Part shown: positions 32,938 through 33,645 of the stretch, one piece after another | Position numbering within the stretch: the stretch's first letter is position 1 | Layout of the letters: the number at the start of each line of letters is the position of its first letter | From: Catajapyx aquilonaris | Taxonomy: Eukaryota | Assembly: GCA_000934665.2 (NCBI GenBank) | Contig: JYFJ02004254.1 | Location: 1-33,645 of the forward strand | Reading direction: 5' to 3' | Length of the DNA: 33,645 bases | Made by a program: the position numbers and the translations under genes | The notes under the pieces: model-generated | Database searches by the model: none | What the model saw: the letters and a program-made list of their open reading frames with translations, nothing else | Told to the model about the DNA's origin: nothing

Positions 32938-33645
32938 TAATATTGAGCATGAGCATCTAATACCATCGCACAGACATGAAATTCTACAATGCTGTCAAAT
33001 AAATGCCTTAGTCTTTTTGAAGTGAATACGTCTTTAATATAGGATCTGCATTGGGGGGCATGCACGAAAACACGAGCATTATGCGAAAACATTACACATA
33101 CTACCCCGCCCTCTGTGCATGAGGAAGTAACTGGGCTGGTTCCGCTGTTGGCTTGTGGTATTCATGCCCTGTCTAAAGCCTCACTGATCACGCCACAGGA
33201 TGGGAGCTACCTCGGTTCCGACCAGGGGCCACCCCAGGGAGGCAAGATCAGTGTAACTGCGGATTGCATCGAGTGAGGACTGCTAAGGGGGTGATATTTG
33301 AAAGGTAACTAACTACGTTATGATTACTATTGGCCAACAGCCATGTGAACTACAAGGACTTTGTGAAAAGTGAGCTTCAAGTTGGTGAAAAGTGAAAAAT
33401 TGATTATTTCTTCTGCTGCTTTGGAAAATGTCGCTAGCGGTATGACACAATTAATGTCCAACGACATGACCCATACCCATACAACATTACGTGTAAGATG
33501 CCAGAAGAGAGACAGTACATGGAGGATTGTTGAGAAAAGAATCATTGTAATCTAATACATATTTCAAGACCTATGTCTGGATGTCTGTCACCTAAACAGA
33601 TCCATACGGAGGCCTCCACATATGCCCCAGGGGTATCACCAGGGG

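Noticed and set aside
33341..33400. Acceptor-like site as exon 2 of the FHA gene
   Set aside because: No frame gives the expected FHA continuation and stops occur early.
1..33645. CRISPR array or prokaryotic defence/operon system
   Set aside because: No regularly spaced repeat-spacer units; spliceosomal introns and SINEs show eukaryotic nuclear DNA.

Overview
Eukaryotic, intron-containing genomic DNA, most likely from an arthropod/insect (inferred from protein and SINE types; species not determinable). It holds two complete head-to-head genes: UTP25/DIEXF (minus strand, 4 coding exons, ~730 aa) and WDR20/DMWD-family (plus strand, 5 coding exons, ~559 aa), with start codons 630 bp apart. A probable first exon of an APLF/aprataxin/PNKP-type FHA-domain gene lies at ~29.8 kb. 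Introns and intergenic DNA are packed with nested mobile elements: three tRNA-derived SINE families (two with exchanged 3' tails, one with a V-domain-like core), many long-TIR foldback elements and MITEs (hAT-, Kolobok-, piggyBac-, PIF/Harbinger-, Tc1/mariner- and possibly Academ-like by termini and target-site duplications), a decayed Sola1 element with its own MITE, and a Tc1/mariner transposase relic. The best leads are modular-tailed SINEs, a near-perfect ~830-bp-arm foldback beside a WDR20 exon, a multi-level transposon nest, a conserved dual C-terminus of WDR20, and an unexplained divergent region upstream of the FHA exon. I found no prokaryote-type system (CRISPR, operon). Coordinates were read by hand and TE superfamily calls rest on termini/TSD rules, not database searches.
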